A stretch of 64,000 nt of DNA, taken from NCBI RefSeq assembly GCF_902652985.1, contig NC_047022.1, positions 43,710,001-43,774,000 of the forward strand, read 5' to 3'. Position numbers and translations under genes: made by a program. The notes beneath the pieces are model-generated. The model saw only the letters and a list, made by a program, of their open reading frames with translations, was not told where the DNA came from and did not search any database. Of the stretch, positions 28,125-41,800 are shown piece after piece (position 1 is the stretch's first letter; the number at the start of each line of letters is the position of its first letter). This stretch comes from Pecten maximus (lineage: Eukaryota).

Positions 28125-29364
28125 GGTACTTGGACACCTCGGCCCTTGCGCATGTCGGTCGGGGCCGAGGTGACTAGACAATTTCGGCCTCTGTAAAAAT
28201 CGGCCCTACTCTATAATATACAGTGTACTGTATAAGTATCCATGTACGTATATATGTATTAAATATGTTAAAAAGGTTCATTTTACAGGGGAAAATGTTA
28301 TTAAATATCAATTTTGAAATATGTTTTGCCTTTGTTTGATTTTTTATGAGACGTATAATGTCTTATGTTTATACGTTTCCGATATATTGTGTTATTCTTA
28401 TTTTATCCTTAAGTGCTGTTTTAATTATTTATAATTTGAAATGACATCAATTCAAATGGTTAATCAATTAATTAATTAATATGAATTATCTTTATCCGGG
28501 CGCTTGGAGCTAAGGACGCAGGGGTTGTTGTTTTAATAGAGTACCTCTTATAAGAGTAGCTCAGTCAATTACCGCAAATCGATTAACCAATCAGTGAAAG
28601 GCACATGAGGTATATTAGTTAGTGAAAGTATAGAACAAATCACTTGATCATTTTCGATCAAATTATTATCTTTAATGATGTCTCGTCTGTGCCTCGCCTG
28701 TGCCAAGTCTGTTTTTACATAAAGTGCATAATTGAATATTATATATGTATTTTCTATATGAAAGAATACTGTTTACAGGAACTTTGACCTGTCGCCAGTC
28801 CGGATGAACTCGACGTTTGTTGTCCCCCCACCACCGGAGCAGTCGCTGAACGCCTCGTTTGACCTGACGGTACAGGATGACGATGATCCCGTCTGCATAT
28901 CGGAGAGGNNNNNNNNNNNNNNNNNNNNNNNNNNNNNNNNNNNNNNNNNNNNNNNNNNNNNNNNNNNNNNNNNNNNNNNNNNNNNNNNNNNNNNNNNNNN
29001 NNNNNNNNNNNNNNNNNNNNNNNNNNNNNNNNNNNNNNNNNNNNNNATTCAAAAATATAAAACAAATCTATGTAATTTCGCAGCTTATATTATAGTCCTT
29101 TATTATCCACTTAATCAACCTTTTCTTACAGTAATGAAGTATATACTGATTTACATTAATGGTGAGAAGTAACTAACTAAACTCCTTATTATTACAGATC
29201 TTTAGGTGATGCGCCCCTCACTGACACCGTCGTGGTAGACGAGGACACCACCTACGAGATCGTGGAGAGCGGGACCATCCGTCGCTGCCGGAAGCTGATC
29301 GCCACCGATGGCTATTCATACACGGTTAAGGTAATTAGAATGAATGGTAAATAATGATCGAGAT

Positions 29365-29802
29365 GATATCTAATATGAACCAATATCATAGCATATCTAA
29401 TATGAACCAATATCATAGCATATCTAATATGAACCAATATCATAGCATATCTAATATGAACCAATATCATAGCATATCTAATATGAACCAATATCATAGC
29501 ATATCTAATATGAACCAATATCATAGCATATCTAATATGAACCAATATCATAGCATATCTAATATGAACCAATATCATAGCATATCTAATATGAACCAAT
29601 ATCATAGCATATCTAATATGAACCAATATCATAGCATATCTAATATGAACCAATATCATAGCATATCTAATATGAACCAATATCATAGCATATCTAATAT
29701 GAACCAATATCATAGCATATCTAATATGAACCAATATCATAGCATATCTAATATGAACCAATATCATAGCATATCTAATATGAACCAATATCATAGCATA
29801 TC
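29365..29802. repeat. 24-bp minisatellite, ~18 near-identical copies, in a transposase intron
   Basis: atatctaatatgaaccaatatcatagc-type unit, giving the MILVHIRYA/NMNQYHSIS repeat ORFs. Confidence 0.95.
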
Positions 29803-30375
29803 AATAATAAGTACGATTATGATGTTCTTAATATGCATTTCTAAATGTCTTTCTGTAACAGAGCTCCAACCCCACCACAACTCAGTGGAGATGCGCTGTC
29901 CGGAACCGATCGACATGGTGCCGCGCTTCCGTCAGCCAGAGAGGAACCACGTTCACGCCCGGATCAGCAGACCACATCCACCCTCCTGACCATTCCACAG
30001 CCATGCTTGTCCGTGTCAAGAAACAGGTAGTTAACTGACTGAATGTTTATCACATTTGTGAAGGAGATAATTGTCACATAGACAGTCTTGCCATTGAACG
30101 AGTAACGATATTATCAATATTGTGCATTGAATTTGAAATAATTGTTCTAATTATTGTTTCAGATCTGGGAAGATGCCAACGCTCAGCCGTTTACATCTGC
30201 GCAGACGATAGTGGAGGAGAAGCTGCAGGCCAACGTTGATGACGACGACTTCGACTTGCCGAAGCCCGCCAACCTGATCCGGTTCGCCAACCGATGTCGG
30301 CAGCACATTCGCCCCGCAGAGCCGGTTGACCTGGACTTTGAGGTATTTACTATATGAAGATAAAGGCCAAAATGG

Positions 30376-30545
30376 AATATAACGACGTACATTTCTTAAA
30401 GTTGTTAAAGCCACGTAGAATATAACGACGTACATTTCTTAAAGTTGTTAAAGCCACGTAGAATATAACGACGTACATTTCTTAAAGTTGTTAAAGCCAC
30501 GTAGAATATAACGACGTACATTTCTTAAAGTTGTTAAAGCCATGT
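30376..30545. repeat. ~43-bp tandem repeat, 4 copies, in a transposase intron
   Basis: gaatataacgacgtacatttcttaaagttgttaaagccacgta x4. Confidence 0.9.
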
Positions 30546-33500
30546 AAACTATTCTGTATTAACATTATTGTTATTTTGATTATCAGGTGAATCGCGAGTT
30601 CCTGGACTGCGATGACTTCATCGTTGGTGACGTCCGTGTCGGCAGCCACCGTCATCTGATGTTTGCCACACCTACCCAGCTTCGGCTTCTGCAGGAGCGT
30701 GTTCCCGGGTGTGGACCTGAAGGGCTGCAGTTTTCACTGGGCCCAAGCTGTCCTCCGCAAGGTCGACAGTCTTGGACTTAGGGCCACCTTCAGGAAGCGT
30801 CAAGGTATTTACACATATAAGACGTTTAACGAAAACGTTATAAGTTACAATCAATCATCCAATGTATTTGTTTATTATAGTGTCATATATATCACAATTA
30901 CAAAATAATAAAATTACATAGTGTATAACAGTTATTTAAAACCATGCTTAAAATATATACTAGTAATATCTTATTACAATAAGCATTGTAAATATTGAAC
31001 TTTATTTCAATTTTTCAGGTGTTGCGGAATACATCCGGAAGTTGATGGCGTTGCCGTTCCTCCCGTCGCCTCAGATTCACGACGCCTTTGTGAAGCTGAA
31101 GCGTCTGGCCAACACCCCAGAGCTGACTCAGCTGGTCGATTACCTCGACAGGTAAAACTTCTAAATATGTGTTTGTTGTGAATCAATCTTATTTATCAAC
31201 AGTTTTTTTCTAATCGTTGAAAGAATTTACCGATAAAAATGTCCTGAAGCATACGATTTCCTGACATTACACGTGTCATTCCATTTATACTCTTATTTTA
31301 TAAGCAGTGTTCATACATTGAAACTCTTATGCATTGTTCCTTTGTACTTTTTAGATACTGGTTCAGGAGCGGTGTCTGGTCGACTGCGAACTGGTGCGTC
31401 CATCGACAGTCCGTCCGCACCAACAACGACGTAGAGGGTAAGTTGTACATATTAATGGGTGTCACAATACAGAAAGCAAAGCGATGCCTGATAGAACTAT
31501 ATTGTCATAATAAAAGTTCTTATTCATTAAAATAAGTCATATCTGATTATATATTTGTTAAATTGTTTTATGATCACATGATTAATCATTCATTTTGTTT
31601 ATAGGTTGGCATCGCAGGATCAACACCAAGGCTCGCCGGGCGAACCTCCCGTTCTACATGCTCGTCCCATTGCTTCACCAGGAAGGCCGCCTGGTCACCC
31701 TCCAGATGAGGCTGGTAGCCGAGCAGGCCCTGCGTCGCCAGCAGACTACAGTGTACCGCCGGATCCAGGGGAAGATCCAGACGTTGTGGGACCAGGTATG
31801 TAAAACTTATTGAATTGAAATCAGAATCATTGTTATTCACTTAAGATAAGCATATACTTCCATAATATATAAAAGAATATATAAAAGGAAATGCGTACAT
31901 TGTACATTTATTAGGCCTATCAATATGTTTTTTTTAAATGTAATTTTTTTTTAAATGTAATCACTTCTGTGTCTTTTTTTTTAGTATGCTGAGCAGGAGA
32001 TCTCGAGCTCGACCTTCCTGAAGACCGTCGGCAAGATCTACTGCCCAGCGACGGTCCGACCAACACCAGACGACGAATGAGGTAAGGATAGATATCAACG
32101 ATATACATAAAACAATACTAAAGTTATACATATAAAACAATACTTAAGTTATACATATCGGTCAAAATACCGCCATGCGAATGTTTCCTCGTATAATGAC
32201 ATTAAATTGGAAATATACCATTATCATTTGACTGTTATTTTAATTTAATTCGTTTCCATTTCAGGAGTATACCAACATCTCCGCGCCGACCAGTTCACAG
32301 TCGAACAAGGCCATGCCACACCCAGGAGGCAGGTCACACACACACAAAAAAAAAAAAAACAAAACATTTTGGTTCTTGAAAGAGGAGGCCTCCACGTGGC
32401 AAGAACTGGTAACGGTATACATCGTTTAAATGCATGCATATACATGCGACGAAATGATATATACCGGCTGACATCCTCTTATAACTTATATGCAATAAAT
32501 TGTTATGGCAGGGGAAGTAACCGCAATACAATATACATTTTAGTTCTTGCTAGTTACCTCCCCTATTAATAAAGCAGGAAATGATTTCAAAACAATAAAA
32601 TTATAAAATATTACCTCCATTATTAATAACATTCATTACATGTTACAGTATAGCCCGTCACACTATTATATATTATAAATAGAGGCCGAGGTGTCCAGGC
32701 CGAGAAAGTATTGGGGCCGAGGTGTCTTAGGCCGAGGACGGTACGGGGCCGAGGTGTCTCTAATTCGACGCCATGACACGGAGGACCCTAACCGCCTTAT
32801 TACCTATCTAGTTCGTAAGAATTTATCGACTATTTATGCAAAATACGGACCATTCAACGGGTCGTACTAAAAACGTGATTACGAGAGGAAAGGGACATAA
32901 CAACAAGCGAATACGGAACAGAGCAGACTGTAAAACAAAATCGAGAAAACGAGTCAAACTCGGTAAAAGAAAGATTATTAAAGAAGATAAAAGGGAATTA
33001 GATTAAGTGTTTTGATGTATCCATATTAAAGACATACAAAGTCAAGGATAGGCTGTCGCTTATTGCAGGACAATAACCTAGCTACTATATATATATAAAG
33101 AGGGATGGGCTTATTACTGAACACTTGAAGCTAGAAAATAAGTATAGGAATTCAGATATTGATACATGTCAACATGTCTTTCAGAACAGTCGTGTTTGGG
33201 CTATTAGCAAGAGTTTCCTCTAACCTTGACACCATGTCTGGTATAGGTCTCCTACATGTATACACCAGACATGGTGCCGGGTCAGAGGAAAGTTGGGCTC
33301 AGGGACTAAATATATGTAGCTCTTCTTCAGGTAATCTGTTTCTGAGGAATATTAGAACATGTCAGACTGTCCAGGGGCCTGTTTGTTTATGCGGACATCC
33401 GACAACCCGGCATGCAGGTTCATCAATTTTTAATGTTTGATATTTCGGGCACATATCTTGACGGACCTGCAGATATTACTACAGGCCTTGAAAGTCTTTA

Positions 33501-34454
33501 TCAAAGCTCGTCTCAAAACAACATAAAAATCAACAGGTCCGCCCTTATTTCATAAATGAACCACTCTGGTCTAACCATTTGGACAGCGATAAACGAAAAC
33601 GGCCCTGTACTGTCATGGCTGTATCCTTGTGTGCTCTGGATGGCCAAGTGACAAGCCTATGATATTTTGTTATGAGGTAGCCACCAACTACTACAACAAT
33701 GCCCTGCCTTCAAATGACTGGCTGTTCATTAGGGGCCATAAAGCAAGTAAACAAATTCCAAATGCTTTACTGCATGTCCTCACTTTATCAACTGCAGCTG
33801 ATCTTTCTATCTTAGTGTTCCCAGCAGTTAGTGTTCAGGTTCATCTCCTCAGGTCATCCGTCCTTAAATGACATTAGGGGTTGATAGGACGTTAAACAAT
33901 ACAAAACTTAACCCCAGGTTGTCTTGCCCCTCACATTTTTTGTTGTTTCCTATCATACATACTCATAGGGTCATTTACACCTTTAATTATTCTCTATTAA
34001 GAATCACACATATAAACTTGTTTTAAATTAATAATTTCAAACAACAAATAAGTCAATAAATATTACATATTAAAATAATTTATTGCCAAAAAGACATCTT
34101 AGAAATAATTATTTGGCAAAATATGTAGGATTCCAACAGTACCTGACATCAGTTTAATACTCATTAATTAGGTATACAGACTGCAGCAGTTTTGACATAT
34201 TTATCATAATGCATAGGTCTTTATTAAAAGATGAATGCCTGAATATTCAATTGAATATGAATTCTTTACTATATAAGCCACAGTTGGCTATAAGAACATA
34301 ATGTACATACTTATTTACATATTTACAACAAAAAGAATATATACACAAATGATAGGAACTACAATACCTAATTATACATAAACATCAGAAATTAAACTGT
34401 AGACAGCTGAAATATTTGTAAGCTACAGGTGATCACTTCTGATGAGTTTCTGTA

Positions 34455-34710
34455 AGTTTATAGAACAAATGTCTATAAGTATAAGTTTATAGAACAAATA
34501 AGTCTATATAGAACAAATGTCTATAAATCTATAGAACAAATGTCTATAAATCTATAGAACAAATGTCTATAAATCTATAGAACAGATCTCTATAAATCTA
34601 TAGAACAAATCTCTATAAATCTATAGAACAAATCTCTATAAATCTAAAGAACAAATCTCTATAAATCTAAAGAACAATTATCTCTACAAGTTTATAGATC
34701 AAATCTCTAT
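34455..34710. repeat. 20-bp minisatellite, probably in the EFCAB5 3' UTR or just downstream
   Basis: ctatagaacaaatgtctataaat-type units. Confidence 0.85.
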
Positions 34711-35889
34711 GATTAAGTCTATGTCCAGAGTTGGCAGTTGTTACAGTCGTCAGTCAAATACAAATGTATATTTTTTTACAAACTTTTTTAAATGATAGAA
34801 CAAAATCATATCAGTAAAACATTATTGTGTCATAAAGATTCACACAAACTTTTAACACCAATAATTAAAAATAAACAATATATTGATCCAGTCTTCATTA
34901 AAATATTTTATGATTAAAAAATACTGACGATAAAATCATATAAAAGCTTCATTTGGAAAAACAACAAGGCACAATGTGGAAACAGTAACAGGAACAAATA
35001 AATTAAAAGCACAATAAATAATGTGAAACCTGCATGCATTAATTTCAATTTTGTGTTCAATATCACAGATGTTTGGCCAGCATATCCCAGACACTACTTT
35101 CTCATCACAAGATCACAAGACTTACTACATTTTCCATCTTTAACCTTCAAATGTCTTAACTTTTAATTCCAGCAATAAATTCCCCCAAATATTTTTCATT
35201 GTTTGTCATTAAACACAATTCATCCCCTGGTTGTAACATTTCTCTCCTTGCAATTCAATTTTGTTCCCTTCCCAAACTTTCCCCTTTTCACTTCACTGGA
35301 ATGTATTTCTATAATCATACAGTTATCAAACACCAACTATCACAGTGTAAACAAAGTGTTTTCTAGTATTGTTACAGTACAGTATAGTATTCATATCAGT
35401 GTAAATCCACTTTTAACTGACTATACCCTAAAATCACAATTTGACATCACAGAAACTTGTAAACAAATGAAAATTAACTTTTATATTTTGTCATCATCAA
35501 TAAATTTTATCATCACAGATACTAATGACAAGTTATAAAGTAACAAATATTAATTTCTTCACATACAAGTACCTTGTCATCACAATTAACAAAGGACACC
35601 GACAAGTCTTTATCTTATTGACAGGTAAACAAGATCTCCTAAACATCATTATGTCGCTGACAGGACAGTTATATTTGTCAGTATCTTCTACATTTCCTGT
35701 CACAGGATAAACATTTGTCCTACCATATAGCATAGACAATTACATTTCAAGTCGCATTAGTGATTTCCACACCCAATTTATAGCGATGGTATGAGTACGT
35801 TCTTAATGACCTCCACACCTTATATGGCTGTGACCACACTAGGTCCTACTCTACAGTCTACACAAGCTGTGCTAGTTTGTCCACGATGC

Positions 35890-38800
35890 TCACGTCTCTG
35901 TTTGGGGTTCTGGTGCTGGTTCAGATCCTTTTGACTCCTCCTGCCCTGACGGAATAATGGCTCCTTCATCAGAATTCTTCCTCATCTTGAGTGTATGCTC
36001 GATTAGGGAGATACAGACGAATACCCAGTTGTACATATTCTGGGCGGGGATGGAGCCAAACTTGGCCACTTCACCGTGGGGAACATCTGAAGGGAAAAAC
36101 AAGAAGTCAGCTCTCTCAACAAACAACATGTCAGAACCAAACTCCAAAATATAATAAATACTGACAATTCCCCATCTGTACAAGCTCCATTGACTTGGAC
36201 AGAAAACAGCAATGAATTTAATCTGTATTATAATGAAATAGTCCTAGACTAATATTTTCTATTCCCAACCCCCATTCAATGGTTGAAATTATACATTTTG
36301 GGCATATAAATTCTGTGTTTGATTCTATACATAGCTCAAAAAATAGACTGTGTTTGGATTGGTAAAACATAATCCAGCAACATATATTTCTGTCTTACAG
36401 CAAGAATCGGCAAATCATACAATACAAAATGTATCCAGTATTTCCACGTTACCTTTGAGGAAGACTTCAATCTTGTCTGGTGCAATAAGTTCCTGGTTTT
36501 CAGTAGATGTAGGGATCATAATGCTCTATCTTTTGTAGAAGATCACCGTTGATTAACTGAAACAGATATAAGGCAAATTCACTGATTGTATACTGTAATC
36601 TACTTAGTGTTGTAGGCTTTATTTTCCCTCCAAGAAAAAACTGCAACTGCATGAAACACTGCTCGCTTAACAGATTAAATACTTTGTTTTTACTTCAAAT
36701 AAGACATATTTTCCATATCCTATTTCAACAGGGGTCTGACTTTTGACATCCACCATTATAAACAATTCCAAAACCCGTACACCAGGGACATTTAGCGATC
36801 ACACACTGAATTTAACCTTTCCTATATAATCCATGTTGTGTTTGGATATACAATGTACATAGCAATTTAAATCATACAGAAACAGAGTATACAGACATTC
36901 ACAGTCTATATCATTAATCTTCCCAAACAGATATGTCCTTACCCCTTTGAGTTCTCCCCAGTTGTCCAGCTCCCCAGAGACGACCTTCTCGTAGTAGAAT
37001 ATTGCACACACTGCTCTCACAATGTCATTGATAATCTTAGGTGGATCATTATAGCTTCGAAGCTCGGCGAAACCCTTGGCATCAATCTTGGACACGTTTT
37101 CTCGGAGTTCCATCAACATGAGGCGGTCAAACATGATGTCCATCCTGTTGTCATCGTCCTTCTCGGCCTCTGTTAGAAAACAATGAGATGTGTTTAATAT
37201 TGTGGGATCATTTACAGTGCAGGTACCTCCATAGCCATATCTGATGAAAAATGTTTTAATATGAAAAACAACCCTATGTATTTCTTTCTGTACATCAGGC
37301 TAAATAATCATAGGTATAAACACAGTGTACTTACCAAGCAATAGACCCAAGTCTGGTAACAACCCTGTCTATCGCAGTTCAGTGAAAATTCAAACAAATT
37401 TAATTATATTATTCTTTAATAAGTCTATTTCCTTCTTTGAGTCAAAGTGAATGTGCTTCCCCTTGTTTTATTAAAGGATAAATATATACATAAAGTTCCA
37501 TTGGAAATTGTATTGAAGCTTGGACAACTATACAGTTCTATCTGAAAGTAGTGAAACATGTCGACATGGACTTTAGATACTGATTCGTGTTTCTAAATGT
37601 CTGATAAATGTATTCATTGTCAAAGAGTCACAGGAAATAAATTTCAAATCTACTTATGTCCTCATCAACAGACTAATGATTCCTTATTGAATAAGTATAG
37701 CTGGGTTGTAAGAATCAATGTAATAACCTTGGAAAACTTTGATATAGAATTGTACCTTACACCAAAACTTTGATATAGAATTGTACCTAACACCAAAACT
37801 TTGATATAGAATTGTACCTAACACCAAAACTTTGATATAGAATTGTACCTAACACCAAAACTTTGATATAGAATTGTACCTAACACCAAAACTTTGATAT
37901 AGAATCGTACCTAACACCAAAACTTTGATATAGAATTGTACCTAACACCAAAACTTTGATATAGAATTGTACTTAACACCAAAACTTTGATATAGAATTG
38001 TACCTAACACCAAAACTTTGATATAGAATTGTACCTAACACCAAAACTTTGATATAGAATTGTACCTAACACCAAAACTTTGATATAGAATCGCACCCGA
38101 CACCAAAACTTTGATATAGAATCATACCTAACACCAAAACGTTGATATAGAATTGTACTTAACACCAAAACTTTGATATAGAATTGTACCTAACACCAAA
38201 ACTTTGATATAGAATCGCACCCGACACCAAAACTTTGATATAGAATTGTACCTAACACCAAAACGTTGATATAGAATTGTACCTAACACCAAAACGTTGA
38301 TATAGAATTGTGCCTTACACCAAGACTTTGATATAAAATTGTACCTAACACCAAAACTTTGATATAGAATCATACCTAACACCAAAACTTCGATATAGAA
38401 TCATACCTGACACCAAAAGTTTGATAGAGAAACATACCTAACACCATAAGTTTATCGTCGCCGGCCGATTCCCGTGTGATTTCCTTATGGGCCTGTTGTA
38501 ACAACCTCAGCATCCTTTGTACCTCCTTGTTTTCGTGGGTGGGGAGGTGTTTAAGCTCTCCAATACTGATGTCCACAACTGCCACTGCCTTCCCCCCATC
38601 ATTACGTAGGGGAAAACCAAGATGGCGCTGACCGTAGGCATCGGCCGATACACTCTCACTGTTATCCACACACTTAAATAGGTAATCCCTGAAACAGAAT
38701 TTCACTTTTATAGTTATAATACAACATAATTTTGTAAACAATCTAAATACCACAGTAATGACACATAACAGTATAAATATGATCCACAGGAAACATGTAA

Positions 38801-41800
38801 ACCTTAACATAAAAAACCTCTTGTATTTCAATCAAAAGGTGCATGCAATCTTTAATGTCATCTGTTAAATCAGTATTTTACTGGAAATTGAAAGAAGAGA
38901 TTTTATAAAGTCTTTGACAAAGTTTGATCTGTATTCCTCTGTTGGCCTTAATACACACTGCCTTCAACCTTTTGCACAAGGCCCTGACAGACCTTATCCA
39001 CACTGTCTAAACTTTTGCACACCCATACCTGTTGCACACAGCACTAACCTATTGCACACCCATACCTGTTGCACACAGCACTAACCTATTGCACACCCAT
39101 ACCTGTTGCACACAGCACTAACCTATTGCACACCCATACCTGTTGCACACAGCACTAACTTATTGCACACCCATACCTGTTGCACACAGCACTAACTTAT
39201 TGCACACCCATACCTGTTGCACACAGCACTAACCTATTGCACACCCATACCTGTTGCACACAGCACCAACTTATTGCACACCTCCCTTACCCGTTGCACA
39301 CAGCACTAACTTATTGCACACTCATACCTGTTGCACACAGCACTAACCTATTGCACACTCATACCTGTTGCACACAGCACTAACTTATTGCACACCCATA
39401 CCTGTTGCACACAGCACTAACTTATTGCACACCTCCCTTACCTGTTGCACACAACTCTAACTTATTGCACACCCATACCTGTTGCACACAGCACTAACTT
39501 ATTGCACATCCATACCTGTTGCACACAGCACCAACTTATTGCACACCTCCCTTACCTGTTGCACACAGCACTAACCTATTGCACACCCATACCTGTTGCA
39601 CACAGCACTAACTTATTGCACATCCATACCTGTTGCACACAGCACCAACTTATTGCACACCTCCCTTACCTGTTGCACACAGCACTAACTTATTGCACAC
39701 CTCCCTTACCTGTACACACAATCCTAATCTTCTGCACACCTCCGTAACTGTTTAAATCTGCCAAAGTATTTTGCGGACCTCCCTTACCTTTTGCACACTG
39801 CCCTTGCCCATTATGCACCTTCCTAACCTTTTGCAGTCATCTCCCTTTTCTTTTGCACTCCTCTATGTTACCTTTTGCACACATTCCTTACCTGTTGCAC
39901 ACTGCCCTAACCTTTTGCACAGTCAAACCTTCAGTGTTGCACACCTCCCTAACCTGTTGCACACTGCCCTAACCTTTTGCACAGTCAAATCTTCCATGTT
40001 GCCCACCTCCTAACTTGTTGCATCTTGCTCTTACCTGAACAAATTATCCTTCCTCTCCAGTCGTGGGGGGTTGGTCATGTTGACAACATTGCCCTTGACA
40101 TCAGTTGTCATCATCTTCCTGAGGACATAGTCCTTCTCCGTGCCCTCGGGTTCCACCATGTATGTGGTGATCTCGTGGACATGTGGACTCCGTCGGTGGA
40201 TCCATGACACAGCACTCTCTGTGATCCGCAGTAATTTCTTACTCATGTCGACGTGGTGGTAGGCTATACTGAAGGCTTTGGCTACACCCTGGTAGGAATA
40301 GAACAACAGATTGATTTGTGTGACATTTCAGCCTAACAAATATAATCTATACATACCAAACCATACAGGAATCTAGAATACAGACTAGGGTTTTATCTCC
40401 TATACTGATGGAGTGTTTAGTTTGAAACACTGTTCAAATTTAGATTTCGTACAAATAAACAATCATGATTGTTGCCCTCTAAGCTTAATTACAGAAAGCT
40501 AACACTTATAGGTTGTTAGAAACATTACTGTTTTGATATAAGGATAAAAAAATCTACCAATGTTAAGTGTTATATTTCAGCAGACATTTATAACTTACCT
40601 GGAAGAACTGAATCTCGTGAGTGATGAAGATGGTCTTTGTGTGTCGGTCGTTAAGTGTGTCGATACCTAGCAGTCCAAATACACGCTTCCTCTTGTCCAT
40701 CAGAGGCACCACAATGAACGACCCCTCACGGTCCTGGAAGAAACAACAAAAACATGTCACTGAGCTTAAGAGTTATGGCATTTCTAAATGTCAAATATAC
40801 AGATCTGTTAAAGGTTTAAATATGAGTCTTTAGATTAAAACTTAAAAAGCAGGCATTACCTCTTTAAATGTTTTTTTTTTTTTCCTTCTTTTTTTTTTTT
40901 TTTTTCACTCGGAGCCAAAAGTTTATGACTATCAGCCAAACAAAACTAGCCAAAGTCTATAGTGGTCTCGACTCTCTACAATTCTTACAATTTATACAAT
41001 ACACTACATGTTACATTCTTCATTGCTCACTTTCATTACTATAATTTCTTTATGTACTCGCTTACATGCTCATACATTCAAAAAAGCATGCATACATATG
41101 TACATACAAATACACAAATACTCATTCAATGAAACCCACTGTCCGACGCCTATACAGACGCAAAAAAAAAAAAAGACACACAGACATACGACAAACAGAC
41201 ACCATGGCAGACACTGACCGAGTTAAACCCTGTCACTGTTAGATATAAAGACAAACACACAATTCACTGAGAGCCTAATAAAACCCACACCATCATGACA
41301 GTCAGATACCCCTGTTCACTTCTGTAAGTGTGAGAGTTCCTAACATTGACAACTAATACGTGTAACAGAGGCTTAGAATGACTGTTTTCATCTGTATTGT
41401 ATATATCTCACAAGAAATGCAGACGTAAGAGATTTGTGGTTTGCCAAGGGTATAAGGGATAGATTGGGTGTCACATACAAACTTCCTCCCCACCAACATC
41501 ATTTGATTTGGTCTCCAAGAACACCTGTAGGACTACACACCTCTGGTACTCGGTAGGGGTTCCAGAACTGGATGTTTCCGTGGTTGTACACTCGGGGCAC
41601 ATGGATCGGCTTACCACTCTCAACGGATGAAAAACTGTGACAAGAAAAATCAAAGAGTTGATTGTCAATAATATGAAAACACTGGTCCTCTTACAATTAC
41701 TGTTAAGCTTTTTTTTCTTTTTTTTTTCAATAAATAAAACTTTTCATCTTACTGACACGTCGAAGCCAAAACAGTGATGAAAATTGTGAAGTGGACTGTA

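Larger units (their letters stand above)
28804..32080 (+). pseudogene. Spliced FLYWCH-MULE transposase, ~9 coding exons, catalytic core internally deleted
   Basis: Exons: ~28804-28907, 29198-29330, 29862-30026, 30163-30342, 30587-30804, 31019-31151, 31355-31437, 31605-31795, 31985-32080. FLYWCH-like DGYSYTVK..WRCAVR..CRASV..DHIH; MULE motifs KGCSFHWAQAV, LMALPFLP, RTNNDVEGWH. The DGTF and DFE segments are absent, with a frameshifting junction at ~30694. Confidence 0.88.
28126..32766 (+). mobile_element. Mutator (MULE/MuDR, FLYWCH-type) DNA transposon with 9-bp TSD GACGCCATG
   Basis: Identical 9-mers at 28117-28125 and 32767-32775. Imperfect TIRs: GTACTTG-GACACCTCGGCCC versus the reverse complement of the right end, GAATTAGAGACACCTCGGCCC. 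Repeated subterminal GGCCGAGGTGTC motifs at both ends; an internal transposase; a 138-N assembly gap at 28909-29046. Confidence 0.93.

Noticed and set aside
28909-29046. ORFs spanning the N run
   Set aside because: Artefacts of the assembly gap; only the 28804-28907 part belongs to the transposase.
29312-29989. Long repetitive ORFs (MILVHIRYA)n / (NMNQYHSIS)n
   Set aside because: By-products of a stop-free minisatellite inside a transposase intron.
33150-33530. Coding-like composition on the minus strand with several stops
   Set aside because: Could be a decayed exon, but I recognise no family and no clear splice structure.
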